The notes: generated by a model not told the origin, from the letters alone. A stretch of 64,000 nt of DNA from a candidate division WWE3 bacterium RAAC2_WWE3_1 (GCA_000503835.1 CP006914.1:785680-849679), one strand, 5' to 3'. Positions 1 through 10,500 are shown, counted from the first letter of the stretch. Program-made: numbers and translations.

Positions 1-10
1 TGAGGATTAC

Positions 11-2827
11 ATGTATAGCAACAATAATCCTACTCTCGACGCCCTTCTTACAAATTCTTTGGGGACAAAGACACTTTTGGATTTGGTCCGGCGTTCGGAA
101 GCAAAGTTCGTTCTTATATCAACGATTGACGTTTATCAGGGGAGGATGTCTCAGGACGAACTGGCCAAGTATTTCGGTCTTTCCAAACCGGAAGAAAATA
201 AATTCAGCTTGATAGAAGCAAAAAGATTCGCCGAGGCCGTGGTTTGGGAATATTTCAAAAAATACGATCTCGATGTCCGCATAGTCCGCTTGCCTGAAGT
301 TTACGGTCCGCGCATGAGCCTGGACTCAAGTGGCGTGATGGGTGTTTACATAAGGACTTTGATCGAGAACAGAGACATTGAAGTTCAGAACGACGGCGTG
401 GAAAAGGAATACTACCTTTATGTTTCCGATGCTGTCAGCGGCATCCTGAGGTCGATGTTCAACCGGGAAACAAAAGGAAATATTTATTCACTCGTACCGG
501 AATCAGCTATCACACAACTTGAACTTGCCTATCTTTTAAGAAGTGTGGCTGACGGCAACCTTCAGATTAGTTTTAAACAATCCGGATTTTCTATGCCTTT
601 CAGAGGTCCCGCGCCCGAGACGTTTAACCTAAAAGATTTGTCGTGGAAACCACGTATAAACCTGAAATCCGGAGTTGTGGATACATTGAAGTGGTTTGGA
701 TACGCCGTAAATCAGAACGCCTTTAAACCTACCAAATATGTTGAAGAGAGAGCAATCTCAAGGGGTACACAGACCACCACGGTAAGACCGCCCGAACCTC
801 CGAAGGTAAGTTCGATTTATCCGACAAATAGTGCCGACCTGTACACGAAAATGTATCCGGTCAGGAATATTAAGACCCGCAAGCGTTTTAATCCGGCGTC
901 AATATTCAGCAGGCACAAAAATGATGGTGCAGTTAAAAGCCTAACCCCTTCAAAAAAGCTCCCCGGATTTTTAGGGAACTCAAAATTTTATGTAGCCGTT
1001 GCGCTGATCGTTTCGGCGGTGTTGGTGTTTTTGGTCAATCCTGTTTTTAGTTTTTATTCAAATGCCCGTTCAGGAGCAGAGGCAATGCAAAGAGTCGCGG
1101 CTGCCGGTTCCGCACTTGATGTAGACAGTTTGTCGAAGAATGCTATTCTTGCTTCCGACAAATTCGAGGTTGCAAGAAAAAATCTTTCAAATCTCAAGTG
1201 GGTTTTCTCATTTTCGGGCAGATCCCAGGAATACATAAGTTATTTCCGTATGCTTTCTTCCTTACAAAACTTTTCGGATTCGGTGGAGCATCTTTCAAAA
1301 TCGGCCGAACCTTTGGAGGGAATGTGGGAGGTTCTACGTCCCGATACTAAAGATGTGCTGACACGTGAAACAGTTAACACCGCAAAACTTGAAATAGACT
1401 CGGCACAGAAACTTCTCTATATAGCCCAGGCCGATTTTAACGGGGTGGACAAAGTGCACATCCCCGAAAAATATAGGGGTTACGTATCGGATTACGGAAA
1501 ATATATAAGTACTCTCCAGCAAAATCTTGATCTGACAACTAAAATTATCGGAGAAGCCGCCGCCGTTCTGGGTGTCGACAAGGAAACCACGTATATTGTA
1601 TGGTTTCAAAATTCGAACGAGATAAGACCGACAGGTGGTTTCATAGGTTCATACGGGCTCTTAACTTTTGATAAGGGCAAGCTGAAAGACCTAAAGATTG
1701 ATGACATATACAACCCGGATGGCCAGATTCTGCTGAGGGAGATAAAGACAGTCCCGCCGGAGGTAATTTCCAAGTACCTGACCGAGGATAGACTTTACCT
1801 TAGGAATTCAAACTGGGATCCTGACTTTCCGACGGCAGCCGGCGTATTCAACGATTTGTTTTACAAAATAGACGGTCAGCGCGTTGACGGATATATTGCT
1901 GTAGATCTTAAATTTGTCGAGGGAATATTAAAAGCTACGGGTCCGGTGTTCCTGGCTGCTTACAACGAAGAGATTAACGCTGAAAACCTTTATGAGAGAA
2001 CGCAGTTTCACAGTGACTTCAATTACGTTCCCGGTTCCGATCAAAAAAGGTCTTTTCTAACTGTATTGGGAAGCAAACTGCTCGAAAAAATGTTCTCGCT
2101 CCCAAAAGATAAACTGCCTAATTTACTTGCGGAGACTCAAAGATCTCTCGATGAGAAACATTTGTTAATAAACTTATCGAACGGTGCGTTAAACGATGTA
2201 TTAAGAGAAAAAAATTGGAACGGGCAGGTTGTCCCCGTTGAAACCGATTATCTCTATGTTGTCAATTCCAACCTGGGCGGAACAAAAGCAAACTATTTTG
2301 TGAAGAATAACATCGATTATGAAATAAATTCCATGACACGCGACGGAGTGTTGAGAGCTACATTAAAGCTTACCTACAACCACACAGGAGAATCAATGGC
2401 GTGGCCGGGGGGTCCTTATAAGGATCATGTGAGGGTGTTGACTCAAACGGGATCTAAACTTACGGGGGCTGAGTTTATCGACGCCGCCGGAACCACTCTC
2501 GATGTGTTTAAAGATATAAAAGTAGGGGCTCCGAACGGATACGATGTTTTCAGCTATGATCTGATTGTTAACCCCAAGGAAACCGTTTCCCTGGTTTTAA
2601 AGTATGATCTTTCGGAGAGTCTTAATGTAACTAAAGACATGTCCTCTTACGCCTTGTATGTTCAGAAACAACCCGGAACGGACGCCGACCCGTTCAGTTT
2701 TACTTTCAACGCGCCGTTCGGTACAGAAATCATAAAAGCAAGTAAGGGGCTGGACATTTTGAACAATGGTATAGCAAACACATCGGATCTGCGCAGGGAT
2801 ATAAATTACTTTATAGAACTTCGCTGA
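11..2827 (+). CDS. NAD-dependent epimerase/SDR domain fused via a TM helix to a DUF4012 extracellular domain (probably 5'-truncated by the window edge)
   Basis: N-half has UXS-like DVRIVRLPEVYGPRM and YVSDAV. TM at about aa 326-347. DUF4012 motifs QNSNEIRPTGGFIGSY, RNSNWDPDFP and NLGGTKAN. Frame is open upstream of the ATG. Confidence 0.75.
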   Translation: MYSNNNPTLDALLTNSLGTKTLLDLVRRSEAKFVLISTIDVYQGRMSQDELAKYFGLSKPEENKFSLIEAKRFAEAVVWEYFKKYDLDVRIVRLPEVYGPRMSLDSSGVMGVYIRTLIENRDIEVQNDGVEKEYYLYVSDAVSGILRSMFNRETKGNIYSLVPESAITQLELAYLLRSVADGNLQISFKQSGFSMPFRGPAPETFNLKDLSWKPRINLKSGVVDTLKWFGYAVNQNAFKPTKYVEERAISRGTQTTTVRPPEPPKVSSIYPTNSADLYTKMYPVRNIKTRKRFNPASIFSRHKNDGAVKSLTPSKKLPGFLGNSKFYVAVALIVSAVLVFLVNPVFSFYSNARSGAEAMQRVAAAGSALDVDSLSKNAILASDKFEVARKNLSNLKWVFSFSGRSQEYISYFRMLSSLQNFSDSVEHLSKSAEPLEGMWEVLRPDTKDVLTRETVNTAKLEIDSAQKLLYIAQADFNGVDKVHIPEKYRGYVSDYGKYISTLQQNLDLTTKIIGEAAAVLGVDKETTYIVWFQNSNEIRPTGGFIGSYGLLTFDKGKLKDLKIDDIYNPDGQILLREIKTVPPEVISKYLTEDRLYLRNSNWDPDFPTAAGVFNDLFYKIDGQRVDGYIAVDLKFVEGILKATGPVFLAAYNEEINAENLYERTQFHSDFNYVPGSDQKRSFLTVLGSKLLEKMFSLPKDKLPNLLAETQRSLDEKHLLINLSNGALNDVLREKNWNGQVVPVETDYLYVVNSNLGGTKANYFVKNNIDYEINSMTRDGVLRATLKLTYNHTGESMAWPGGPYKDHVRVLTQTGSKLTGAEFIDAAGTTLDVFKDIKVGAPNGYDVFSYDLIVNPKETVSLVLKYDLSESLNVTKDMSSYALYVQKQPGTDADPFSFTFNAPFGTEIIKASKGLDILNNGIANTSDLRRDINYFIELR

Positions 2828-2841
2828 TATAATAAAAACAA

Positions 2842-4524
2842 ATGCCACTAGCAGACATGCCCCAGTCAAATAAGCAGCACGCTGTTCCCCAGAATGTTAT
2901 GAGCGTGGATTTCAAACTTATCGGCGATCTTACGATGAGACAGTTTGCTTATGTTTTTATTGCCGGAATATTAGCTTATCTCTCGTACGTTTTTTTCATA
3001 GGTATTTTCCGCTGGCCCTTGGTATTTCTGATAGCTTTCGCAGGTGTGGGATTTGCTTTTATCCCGGTTCAGGAAAGGGGAATGGACGAGTGGATAGTTA
3101 ATTTTTTCAAGGCAATGTACATGCCCACCCAGCGTATTTGGAAAAAAGAACCTACTATCCCATCGGCATTTATGTACGACGATCTGGCTACCCTGAAACA
3201 GGAACTTATTACACTGGCACCGACATCCAGCCGAAGAAAGCTCGAAGAATACCTGAGGTACCAAACAGCCGAAGAAGAGGTGGACCCGCTTGATATTCCT
3301 GAAAAGGAATATGCTCAAAAGGTCAGGGATGCCTACCCCGCCTATAAGAAAAAGAGTAGTGCGGGAGCAACGGCTTTCTCACGTTCCTCATACGGGGCGG
3401 CGGCAGTTGGTGTTCAACCCGCATCGATAGCAGTTGTGGAAGCTCCGGCGCCTGCCGTCTTGGATGTGGAAACGGGGCAGGAAGAAGGTATTTTAGTGGA
3501 GACCCGGAAAGCCTCATCTACAACGCCCGAGAAACAAGAACTCAAAGAACAGACAGCAACTGTCCTTCAGAAACGCAAAGACGCCGGACTTTTTCACCTT
3601 TTCAGGGCAAAAGAGGCGCAAAAAGCACGGGAAGAGGCCAGGGGCAAGAGAATGCAGGATGTTACAGCCGTTCCCTTACCTCAGGGTGCACTTTCGGGAA
3701 CGGTCTCTTTAAGTCCTATGACGCCGGATATGCATTCAGGCAGGAGATTTATTAACCTGCTTCCGTCCCAGGGTGAGCTTATCCTGCCCATAAGAGGGGA
3801 GAAGGTGCTGCGCACGTCAGAGGAGATCTCGGTGGAGGAGAGTATAAACGATAAGGCGTTGAAACTTCAGTCTTTATTAAAAAAAATAAAGGACGAAGAG
3901 GGGATTAAGTCTCCGAAACCCGTAGCCGCACCCATTACGGTAGTACAAAAGAAAGAGCAGGAAGCCCAGGAAGTTCATGATGAAGCAAAGGATGTTGTAG
4001 GGAAGCTTAAGACACAAAGTGAAGAGCTTACGGACGAGATAATAAGACTTAGAAAGAATATTCAGACCACTTCTTCCCCGGGTGCCGGTTCTGAAACGCA
4101 GACAAGATTGTTGAAGAACCTGGAAAATAAGCAGCAGACGGTTGAAGAAAATTATCGGGTTCTCAGCCGCGGTATTCAAAGTCTAAAGTCTACTCCGTCC
4201 GGAGATACTGCGGGAAGTTCTACTCTAAACCTGGACAATTATCCGACGGACCACTTGGAGCCCAATACTTTACGCGGTGTGGTCAAAGGTAGTGAGGGAA
4301 AGGTGCTGACTGATGTTCTCCTGATAGTGAAGAACGAAAGAGAGGAGCCGGTACGCGCGTTAAAAACTGACAGCCTCGGCAGGTTTGAATTACTTTCAAA
4401 ACTCAGCAACGGTAAATACTCAATAGAAGTAAAACCCTCGGATGAAATGAAATTGTCCTTTGAGAAAATTTCTGTAGAATTAAAAGGTGAGGTAGTTCCT
4501 CCATTTGTGATATCCGGTAAATAA
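2842..4524 (+). CDS. PrgI-family (VirB3-like) membrane protein with coiled coil and C-terminal carboxypeptidase-regulatory-like beta domain
   Basis: VPQNV..DFKLIGDLTMRQF plus 2 TM and PTQRIWKK; C-terminal GVV..TDSLGRF..GKYSIEV. Confidence 0.8.
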   Translation: MPLADMPQSNKQHAVPQNVMSVDFKLIGDLTMRQFAYVFIAGILAYLSYVFFIGIFRWPLVFLIAFAGVGFAFIPVQERGMDEWIVNFFKAMYMPTQRIWKKEPTIPSAFMYDDLATLKQELITLAPTSSRRKLEEYLRYQTAEEEVDPLDIPEKEYAQKVRDAYPAYKKKSSAGATAFSRSSYGAAAVGVQPASIAVVEAPAPAVLDVETGQEEGILVETRKASSTTPEKQELKEQTATVLQKRKDAGLFHLFRAKEAQKAREEARGKRMQDVTAVPLPQGALSGTVSLSPMTPDMHSGRRFINLLPSQGELILPIRGEKVLRTSEEISVEESINDKALKLQSLLKKIKDEEGIKSPKPVAAPITVVQKKEQEAQEVHDEAKDVVGKLKTQSEELTDEIIRLRKNIQTTSSPGAGSETQTRLLKNLENKQQTVEENYRVLSRGIQSLKSTPSGDTAGSSTLNLDNYPTDHLEPNTLRGVVKGSEGKVLTDVLLIVKNEREEPVRALKTDSLGRFELLSKLSNGKYSIEVKPSDEMKLSFEKISVELKGEVVPPFVISGK

Positions 4525-4526
4525 AT

Positions 4527-5228
4527 ATGCCTGCTCAAACAACACCTACAACTCAAGATCATCTGGACATTTTTGATATAAAAGATAATCTCGTCCTTTT
4601 AAAAAATGGAGCTGTCTGTGCTGTTCTTCAAACGACTGCCGTAAATTTCGACCTGCTGTCCGAAATAGAACAGGATGCCATAATTGCGGCCTTTTCAATG
4701 CTTTTGAACTCTATTACCTTCCCGGTTCAGGTGGTCATAAGATCAAGAAGACTGGATATTACAAAATACATCGAGAAGGTGTACAGGGTAGAGACCCGTC
4801 TTACCGATCCGTTACTTAAGCATCAGGCACAGGCCTACAGAAAATTTGTTCAGGACGTTATAAAGAAAAACGATGTTTTGGACAAACGATTTTATGTTGT
4901 CATTCCTACAAGTGTTGCCGAGCTCACACAGCCCGGTTCCGGTCCTTTCGACTGGATGCTGAAGTTAACCGGACAGCATAACAAGAGGGTGTCTTTTAAC
5001 GTAGACAAAGTCCTTAATGATGGAAGAATAGAGCTAGCGCCGAAAGTCGACCACATTATAAAAGAATTTAACAGGCTTGGTATAAAAACCAAACAACTCA
5101 CGACCCAGGATCTTGTAGAGCTGTATTTTGATATTTATAACCCGACGACGATTCACGGGCAAAGAATACGAACAGGCATAGATGATTACACGACGGCGAT
5201 AGTAAACCCCGCCATCATAGAGGAATAA
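4527..5228 (+). CDS. TraC/VirB4 N-terminal-like accessory protein of T4SS-like cluster
   Basis: NFDLLSEIEQDAII..LNSITFPVQ motif; tightly coupled between prgI and virB4. Confidence 0.65.
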   Translation: MPAQTTPTTQDHLDIFDIKDNLVLLKNGAVCAVLQTTAVNFDLLSEIEQDAIIAAFSMLLNSITFPVQVVIRSRRLDITKYIEKVYRVETRLTDPLLKHQAQAYRKFVQDVIKKNDVLDKRFYVVIPTSVAELTQPGSGPFDWMLKLTGQHNKRVSFNVDKVLNDGRIELAPKVDHIIKEFNRLGIKTKQLTTQDLVELYFDIYNPTTIHGQRIRTGIDDYTTAIVNPAIIEE

Positions 5229-5229
5229 T

Positions 5230-7347
5230 ATGGGACTAAATCTTTTTACAATGTTTTCCGACAAACCAAAACCCAGCAAACAACAGCAGGGGAAACCGGG
5301 TGAAAAAACACCGGCGCAGGTATTGGCTGAGGGAATGTTAAATGTCAGAGATATAATCGCGCCGTCGGCAATAGAGGTAGATTTCACATTTCTCCGCATA
5401 GGGAATGTCTACTTCAGAACAATATTCGTTTCAGGCTATCCGAGATTTGTAGGTGCAAACTGGCTGTCGCCCATCATCAACTTTGAGCATACGCTGGATG
5501 TTTCCATGTTTTATTATCCCGTTAAATCCAAAGTTATTTTGGATGACCTAAGAAGAAAAATTACGGAGCTTGAGGCCACGACGATGACCAACGTGGAAAA
5601 AGGAAAAATCGTAGACCCTGTCGTTTCTGCAGCACTTGAAGATGCAAAGGCTCTTCAGGAGCAACTCGTCAAAGGTGTGGAAAAATACTTTCAGTTTTCC
5701 TTCTACATAACAATTTCGGCTGAAACACTCGAAGAGCTTGAATCGGTAACTTCCAAGTTGGAAAGTACGTTAGGCGCCCTACTTCTTATTTCAAAAGTTG
5801 CGTCACTACAAATGGAAGATGCCTTCCAGTCCGCCATCCCCACCGGTTTGGACAAACTTTTAATAACCAGGAACATGGACACGACAAGTCTTGCAACTAC
5901 TTTTCCTTTCACCTCTTCGGATCTGACAATGGAAGAAGGGATCATGTACGGTATTAACAGGCACAACGGATCGCTGGTAATTTTCGACCGTTTCTCACTT
6001 GAAAATGCTAACTCGGTTGTCTTTGCAAAATCAGGTTCAGGTAAATCTTATTTCGTAAAACTTGAGGCCTTGAGATTGTTGGTGTTCGGTGCGGAAGTTA
6101 TGATTATCGATCCTGAAGAGGAGTATAGAACTCTCTGCGAAGCGGTAGGTGGGAATTATATAGACTTTTCGGCTAACTCTACTCATAAAATAAATCCGTT
6201 CGACCTTTCGGGAGTTGCGGTTGAAGGTGAAAACGAACTCGGCCAAAAATTAATTGGTTTAATCACTTTGCTTAAACTCATGCTTGGTGGCTTAACTGCA
6301 TCTGAAGAAGCAATTTTGGACAGAGCCCTAATTGAAACATACAGAATAAAAGGTATTACAACTGACCCCGATACTCAATCAGGTATAGAACCCCCGGTCA
6401 TGGAAGATCTCTATAAAGTTTTGATGGGGGCTTCCGAACCCGAAGCTAAGGGAATGGCCGAAAGACTTGAAAGATTTATTAAAGGGTCGATGACCGGCAT
6501 TTTCGATTCCCAGTCGAACATTAACCTCGACAGTAGAATGACCGTTTTCTCCACAAAGCATTTGGAGGAAGCATTAAGACCAATCGCTTTCTACTTAATT
6601 CTTGATTTCGTTTGGACCAGAATTAGGCGCGACTTGAAAAAAAGAATACTGATAGTGGAAGAAGCCTGGTACCTGATGCAGAATGAAGACAGCGCGAGGT
6701 TTATTTACGGAATTGCAAAGAGAGCCAGAAAATATTATTTGGGTCTGACGACTATCTCTCAGGATGTCGATGACTTTTTATCTTCGGAATACGGAAAGGC
6801 AATTGTTACAAACTCGTCTATTCAAATTTTGTTGAAACAGCACCCTGCAGGTATAGATAAAGTTGCCGAAACCTTTTATCTGTCGGAAGGTGAGAAAAGA
6901 TTGTTACTTGCTGCCGCAGTTGGAGAAGGTTTGTTCTTTGCCGGCGCCAACCACGTTGCAATAAAAGTCATGGCCTCTGAAGCGGAGCATAAACTTATTA
7001 CAACAAATCCGGAAGAACTGCTGAAGCTGAGGGAACAGGGTTTGATAAAACCGCTGGGTTCTAACGCACCGAAAAATACTGTTGCCATTCCGCCGGTGCA
7101 GAAACCTTACGAACCGATGAGGCAGGAGTCTTCGCAGAATACTCAAACTATTACCGACACGGCAACCACGTTGCAAAATCAGGGAGGGGCGAAACCTGAA
7201 GAGAATAAAACGGAGCAGCCTGCACCTCAGAACGAACCTTCCGCCGACGATATTTTGAGGTCGGTTGAGTCGCTTAATAAAGATCAGGGTACAATTAATC
7301 TTGGAAACACCCCATCACAGCCTGATCCTGCAGCTCCTACAGAATAA
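5230..7347 (+). CDS. virB4: VirB4-like ATPase
   Basis: Walker A AKSGSGKS, IIDPEEEY, INPFD, Walker B IVEEAW, RARKY, SQ motifs; low-complexity C-terminal tail. Confidence 0.85.
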   Translation: MGLNLFTMFSDKPKPSKQQQGKPGEKTPAQVLAEGMLNVRDIIAPSAIEVDFTFLRIGNVYFRTIFVSGYPRFVGANWLSPIINFEHTLDVSMFYYPVKSKVILDDLRRKITELEATTMTNVEKGKIVDPVVSAALEDAKALQEQLVKGVEKYFQFSFYITISAETLEELESVTSKLESTLGALLLISKVASLQMEDAFQSAIPTGLDKLLITRNMDTTSLATTFPFTSSDLTMEEGIMYGINRHNGSLVIFDRFSLENANSVVFAKSGSGKSYFVKLEALRLLVFGAEVMIIDPEEEYRTLCEAVGGNYIDFSANSTHKINPFDLSGVAVEGENELGQKLIGLITLLKLMLGGLTASEEAILDRALIETYRIKGITTDPDTQSGIEPPVMEDLYKVLMGASEPEAKGMAERLERFIKGSMTGIFDSQSNINLDSRMTVFSTKHLEEALRPIAFYLILDFVWTRIRRDLKKRILIVEEAWYLMQNEDSARFIYGIAKRARKYYLGLTTISQDVDDFLSSEYGKAIVTNSSIQILLKQHPAGIDKVAETFYLSEGEKRLLLAAAVGEGLFFAGANHVAIKVMASEAEHKLITTNPEELLKLREQGLIKPLGSNAPKNTVAIPPVQKPYEPMRQESSQNTQTITDTATTLQNQGGAKPEENKTEQPAPQNEPSADDILRSVESLNKDQGTINLGNTPSQPDPAAPTE

Positions 7348-7375
7348 TTTTCAATTTTACAACTTAGGGATTTAC

Positions 7376-8488
7376 TTAAAGCTGAATCGGCATTATTATA
7401 TGCAAAAAATCTTCGGTAACATCGGTTTTAAAGATACATGCAGTACTGTTGGAACTCGCTTCCATATTTATCTTTTCACCCTTAACATTATTCAAAAAAT
7501 CAAGAAGGTATTTAGAACTAAAAGCTATTTCCAACATTTCCCCTTCTGTTTCGGCAGGAATTTCACTTTCATGAGTTCCGGTCTCGTTATTTAAAGAAGA
7601 GATTTTAATTAATCCTTCCGGATCTACGCGTAATTTAATAGTGTTATTTGTTCCCTCTTTTACAAAAACCGTAGTTAATCTCACTGCTTCCAAAAATTCA
7701 CCGGCGTTAAAAACCGCTTTTACTGGGGCAATTGTCGGTATTATTTTTTTGTAGTCCGGGTATTGTCCGTCAATAATTCTGGTTGCTATGGTTGTGTCTT
7801 CGGAAGAGAAAAGCGCGAGATTTTCATTTTCGCTCAGTATCATTTTCAAAGGTGATGTGGAAGATGCAAATACTTTGCTTACTTCCGCTAATGTTTTCGC
7901 GGGAATCAACGCTGTGAATTTCTTCGCGTCCGATTTTCCAACGGAAATGGATTTTTCGGAAAGTCTGAAACCGTCAGTTGCCGCTAAAACCATTTTGCCT
8001 TTCTCATATGTAATAAAGACACCGGTGAATATCGGTCTACTCTCATCCATAGATGAAGCAAATGTGACCATCGATACTGCCTGGGCAAAAACCGTCGGGT
8101 CAAGTTCCAGAGAAGTTTCGTCCTTTGAAATGCTGGGAAGTTCGGGATAATCTTTGGCGTCGGTTCCGTTTAATTTTGATTTTGTGTTGTCGGATTTTAA
8201 ATGAAGTATGTCGTTGTCCATTTTTATTTCAATAGTGGACGGGTGAAGATTGGCCACCAGTTCTTTTAAGACTTTCGCCGGTACGGTTATAGAACCCTCC
8301 TTATCAATGGAGGCGTTGACGTATGTGGTGATGGCTGTCTCGAGGTTGGTGGCGGCTAGTTTAATACGACCGTTGTCTGTAGAAATCAAAACGTTGGATA
8401 GTATAGGCAAAGAGCCTTTTGCAGGAACAGCCCTGGTTATTATTTGAAGACCTTTATTCAAATTTTCCTGGAGGCAAGAGAATTTCAT
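7376..8488 (-). CDS. dnaN: DNA polymerase III beta clamp
   Basis: LPILSNVL, ATNLE, ATDGFRL, GQYPDY, C-terminal IMPIQL. Confidence 0.97.
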   Translation of the reverse strand: MKFSCLQENLNKGLQIITRAVPAKGSLPILSNVLISTDNGRIKLAATNLETAITTYVNASIDKEGSITVPAKVLKELVANLHPSTIEIKMDNDILHLKSDNTKSKLNGTDAKDYPELPSISKDETSLELDPTVFAQAVSMVTFASSMDESRPIFTGVFITYEKGKMVLAATDGFRLSEKSISVGKSDAKKFTALIPAKTLAEVSKVFASSTSPLKMILSENENLALFSSEDTTIATRIIDGQYPDYKKIIPTIAPVKAVFNAGEFLEAVRLTTVFVKEGTNNTIKLRVDPEGLIKISSLNNETGTHESEIPAETEGEMLEIAFSSKYLLDFLNNVKGEKINMEASSNSTACIFKTDVTEDFLHIIMPIQL

Positions 8489-8490
8489 TT

Positions 8491-8943
8491 TTATCTTTTG
8501 GGTTTCAATGTAACCCTTCGGTCACGTCCTTCTCCGACGCTTTCCGAAACGACGTCATCGTATTCGGCAACAAACATGTGGATTTGTCTTCTTTCCCACG
8601 GGTCCATGGGAGGAAGTTCGACGTCCTTTTGAAAAAAGCGGACTCTGTCGATGTAGCTTTTAGCCATGTTTTGAATCTTTTCAGCGCGTTGGTCTTTGTA
8701 TCCGTTTATATCTATTAACACCGTGACCTGTTCTCCGGCTTGTCTCAAAACAGTCAAATGTAGAATGCTTTGCAAAGCATCCAAAGATTGGCCCTGATGT
8801 CCGATTAGGAAATTCAGGTTATTGCCCTGGATTTTTACTTCAAAGACCCCGTCGTCCTTGCCATTAATTTCATAGTTAGGATTTATTTTCATAAATCCGA
8901 AAATGTTGTCTAAAGTATTTTTTATTACTTCTATAATGTTCAT
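8491..8943 (-). CDS. jag: Jag/EloR-like KH+R3H RNA-binding protein (short form)
   Basis: LIGHQGQSLDALQ (KH), PMDPWERRQIH (R3H), SVGEGRDRRV; follows yidC. Confidence 0.9.
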   Translation of the reverse strand: MNIIEVIKNTLDNIFGFMKINPNYEINGKDDGVFEVKIQGNNLNFLIGHQGQSLDALQSILHLTVLRQAGEQVTVLIDINGYKDQRAEKIQNMAKSYIDRVRFFQKDVELPPMDPWERRQIHMFVAEYDDVVSESVGEGRDRRVTLKPKR

Positions 8944-9728
8944 TTTTTTGCTCCTTTAGCTAAGGCCAATTTCTTGACCCAGGGCTCCAGGCCGCCCCAT
9001 CCACTGGTAAAGTACGTCTGGGCAATCTGGAATAGGGTCGAGACAATTATGTATATCATAACACCTGAGGGCAAGGTCAGACCGAAAACAAAAAACATGA
9101 GGGGCATGACGTACAAGTTTTGTTTTTGCATTGATTGCATCATGTCGTCGGTCTTATCCGGAGTTTTCTTAACGATCTTATCGTTTATTTTGGAGAAGGG
9201 CATCATCATTTTGGTTGCTAAAAACTGGAAGACCACCGCCAATATAGTGATGATGAATATCGGATCCGGTTTTGACAGGTCGAGATAGAGGAATTTGGTG
9301 TTTATGGTTTCATCGGCCTTAAATTGAAATTGCTGAAAATATATATTTTTGTTTAAGTCGTTCAGACTTGTGCCGTTAGTCATCGTTATCACCGATCTGT
9401 AGACGGCAATCATGAAGATAAGTGTGACTATTGTTGTAAGACACCCTGACGCCGGGTTGATCCCGTGCTTTTTCATAAGTTCCATTTGCATAGCAGCCAT
9501 CTTTTTCTTGTCGTAACCATATTTTTCTTTTATTTTTTGGATTTCCGGTTGAATATCACGCTGTTTCTGGCTCATCTTAATAGATGGAAGGGTAACGGGT
9601 ATCATCACGGCCTTAATTATTAGGGTAAAAAGTATAATCGCGGTTCCCAGGCTACCTACAAATGAGTAAATAACAATTAAAATGTTAAATATCGGATTTA
9701 AAATTATATTTTGCCAGATTTCCGCCAT
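8940..9728 (-). CDS. yidC: Membrane protein insertase YidC (short form)
   Basis: QPEIQKIKEKY..MELMKKHGINPASGC, PSGVMIY; synteny. Confidence 0.93.
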   Translation of the reverse strand: MAEIWQNIILNPIFNILIVIYSFVGSLGTAIILFTLIIKAVMIPVTLPSIKMSQKQRDIQPEIQKIKEKYGYDKKKMAAMQMELMKKHGINPASGCLTTIVTLIFMIAVYRSVITMTNGTSLNDLNKNIYFQQFQFKADETINTKFLYLDLSKPDPIFIITILAVVFQFLATKMMMPFSKINDKIVKKTPDKTDDMMQSMQKQNLYVMPLMFFVFGLTLPSGVMIYIIVSTLFQIAQTYFTSGWGGLEPWVKKLALAKGAKK

Positions 9729-9734
9729 AATCGT

Positions 9735-9950
9735 TTATTTTACAGGATCGTAACCTCCTTTGGAAAACGGATTACATCTTACCAGTCTTTTTACTCCCAG
9801 GATAGTGCCTTTTAAGGCGCCGTACTTTTCCACAGCTTCGTAGGTGTAATCGGCGCAGCTGGGTGTGAATCTACAGGTATTTATACCGAAATTGCCGGGA
9901 CTAAGCGTTTTTTTGTATATTTTTATTAAAGTCAGTATCAATTTCTTCAT
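9735..9950 (-). CDS. yidD: Membrane protein insertion efficiency factor
   Basis: [23 protein letters not shown]. Confidence 0.95.
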   Translation of the reverse strand: MKKLILTLIKIYKKTLSPGNFGINTCRFTPSCADYTYEAVEKYGALKGTILGVKRLVRCNPFSKGGYDPVK

Positions 9951-10239
9951 ATGTTTTTCCCGCCGAAGAATGTTTGGGATATATGGAAATCCAGCGGTCT
10001 GCGGGTATCAAAGCCAGGTTTTTCCTTACGGTTTCGCGGAAAAGCCTTTTTATCCTGTTTCTGTCTGTGGCGTTCTTGCTGAATCTGGTGGATACAACAA
10101 AGCCTATTTTCGGCTGTCCTGTGTAGTTTTCGGGTTTTAGGATGTATAAGATGAAGTTGTCGCCCTCGATTTTTTGACCGTATTTCTTGGTTATCTTGTA
10201 TTCGAAGGGTGTGGAGAGACGGTTTTCTTTTTTCAGCAT
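9901..10239 (-). CDS. rnpA: RNase P protein subunit
   Basis: [22 protein letters not shown] (RNR motif); synteny. Confidence 0.93.
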   Translation of the reverse strand: MLKKENRLSTPFEYKITKKYGQKIEGDNFILYILKPENYTGQPKIGFVVSTRFSKNATDRNRIKRLFRETVRKNLALIPADRWISIYPKHSSAGKTYEEIDTDFNKNIQKNA

Positions 10240-10245
10240 TTAGGA

Positions 10246-10404
10246 TTACTTGCCGTTATACGCTACCGCAAGCCTTTTTCGACCCCTAAGTCTTCTTCTT
10301 TTTAGGACGTTGTTGCCGTTCTTGGTAGAAGTTCTGTTTCTAAAGCCGTGTTTGCGGACTCTTTTAACTTTTTTTGGCTGCCACGTTCGTTTTGTTTTAG
10401 GCAT
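10246..10404 (-). CDS. rpmH: 50S ribosomal protein L34 (52 aa, missing from ORF track)
   Basis: Hand translation [52 protein letters not shown]; directly upstream of rnpA. Confidence 0.96.
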   Translation of the reverse strand: MPKTKRTWQPKKVKRVRKHGFRNRTSTKNGNNVLKRRRLRGRKRLAVAYNGK

Positions 10405-10500
10405 ATTAATGACCTCGAGAGGGATTATAACTGGATGTTGGCGTTATTTCAAGAAGGTATTCTATTGGATAAATAGACCGATTTTTTGTATAGTCTACCA

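Noticed and set aside
2842-7347. Complete conjugative element (ICE)
   Set aside because: No relaxase, coupling protein, integrase or att sites; flanked by core genes
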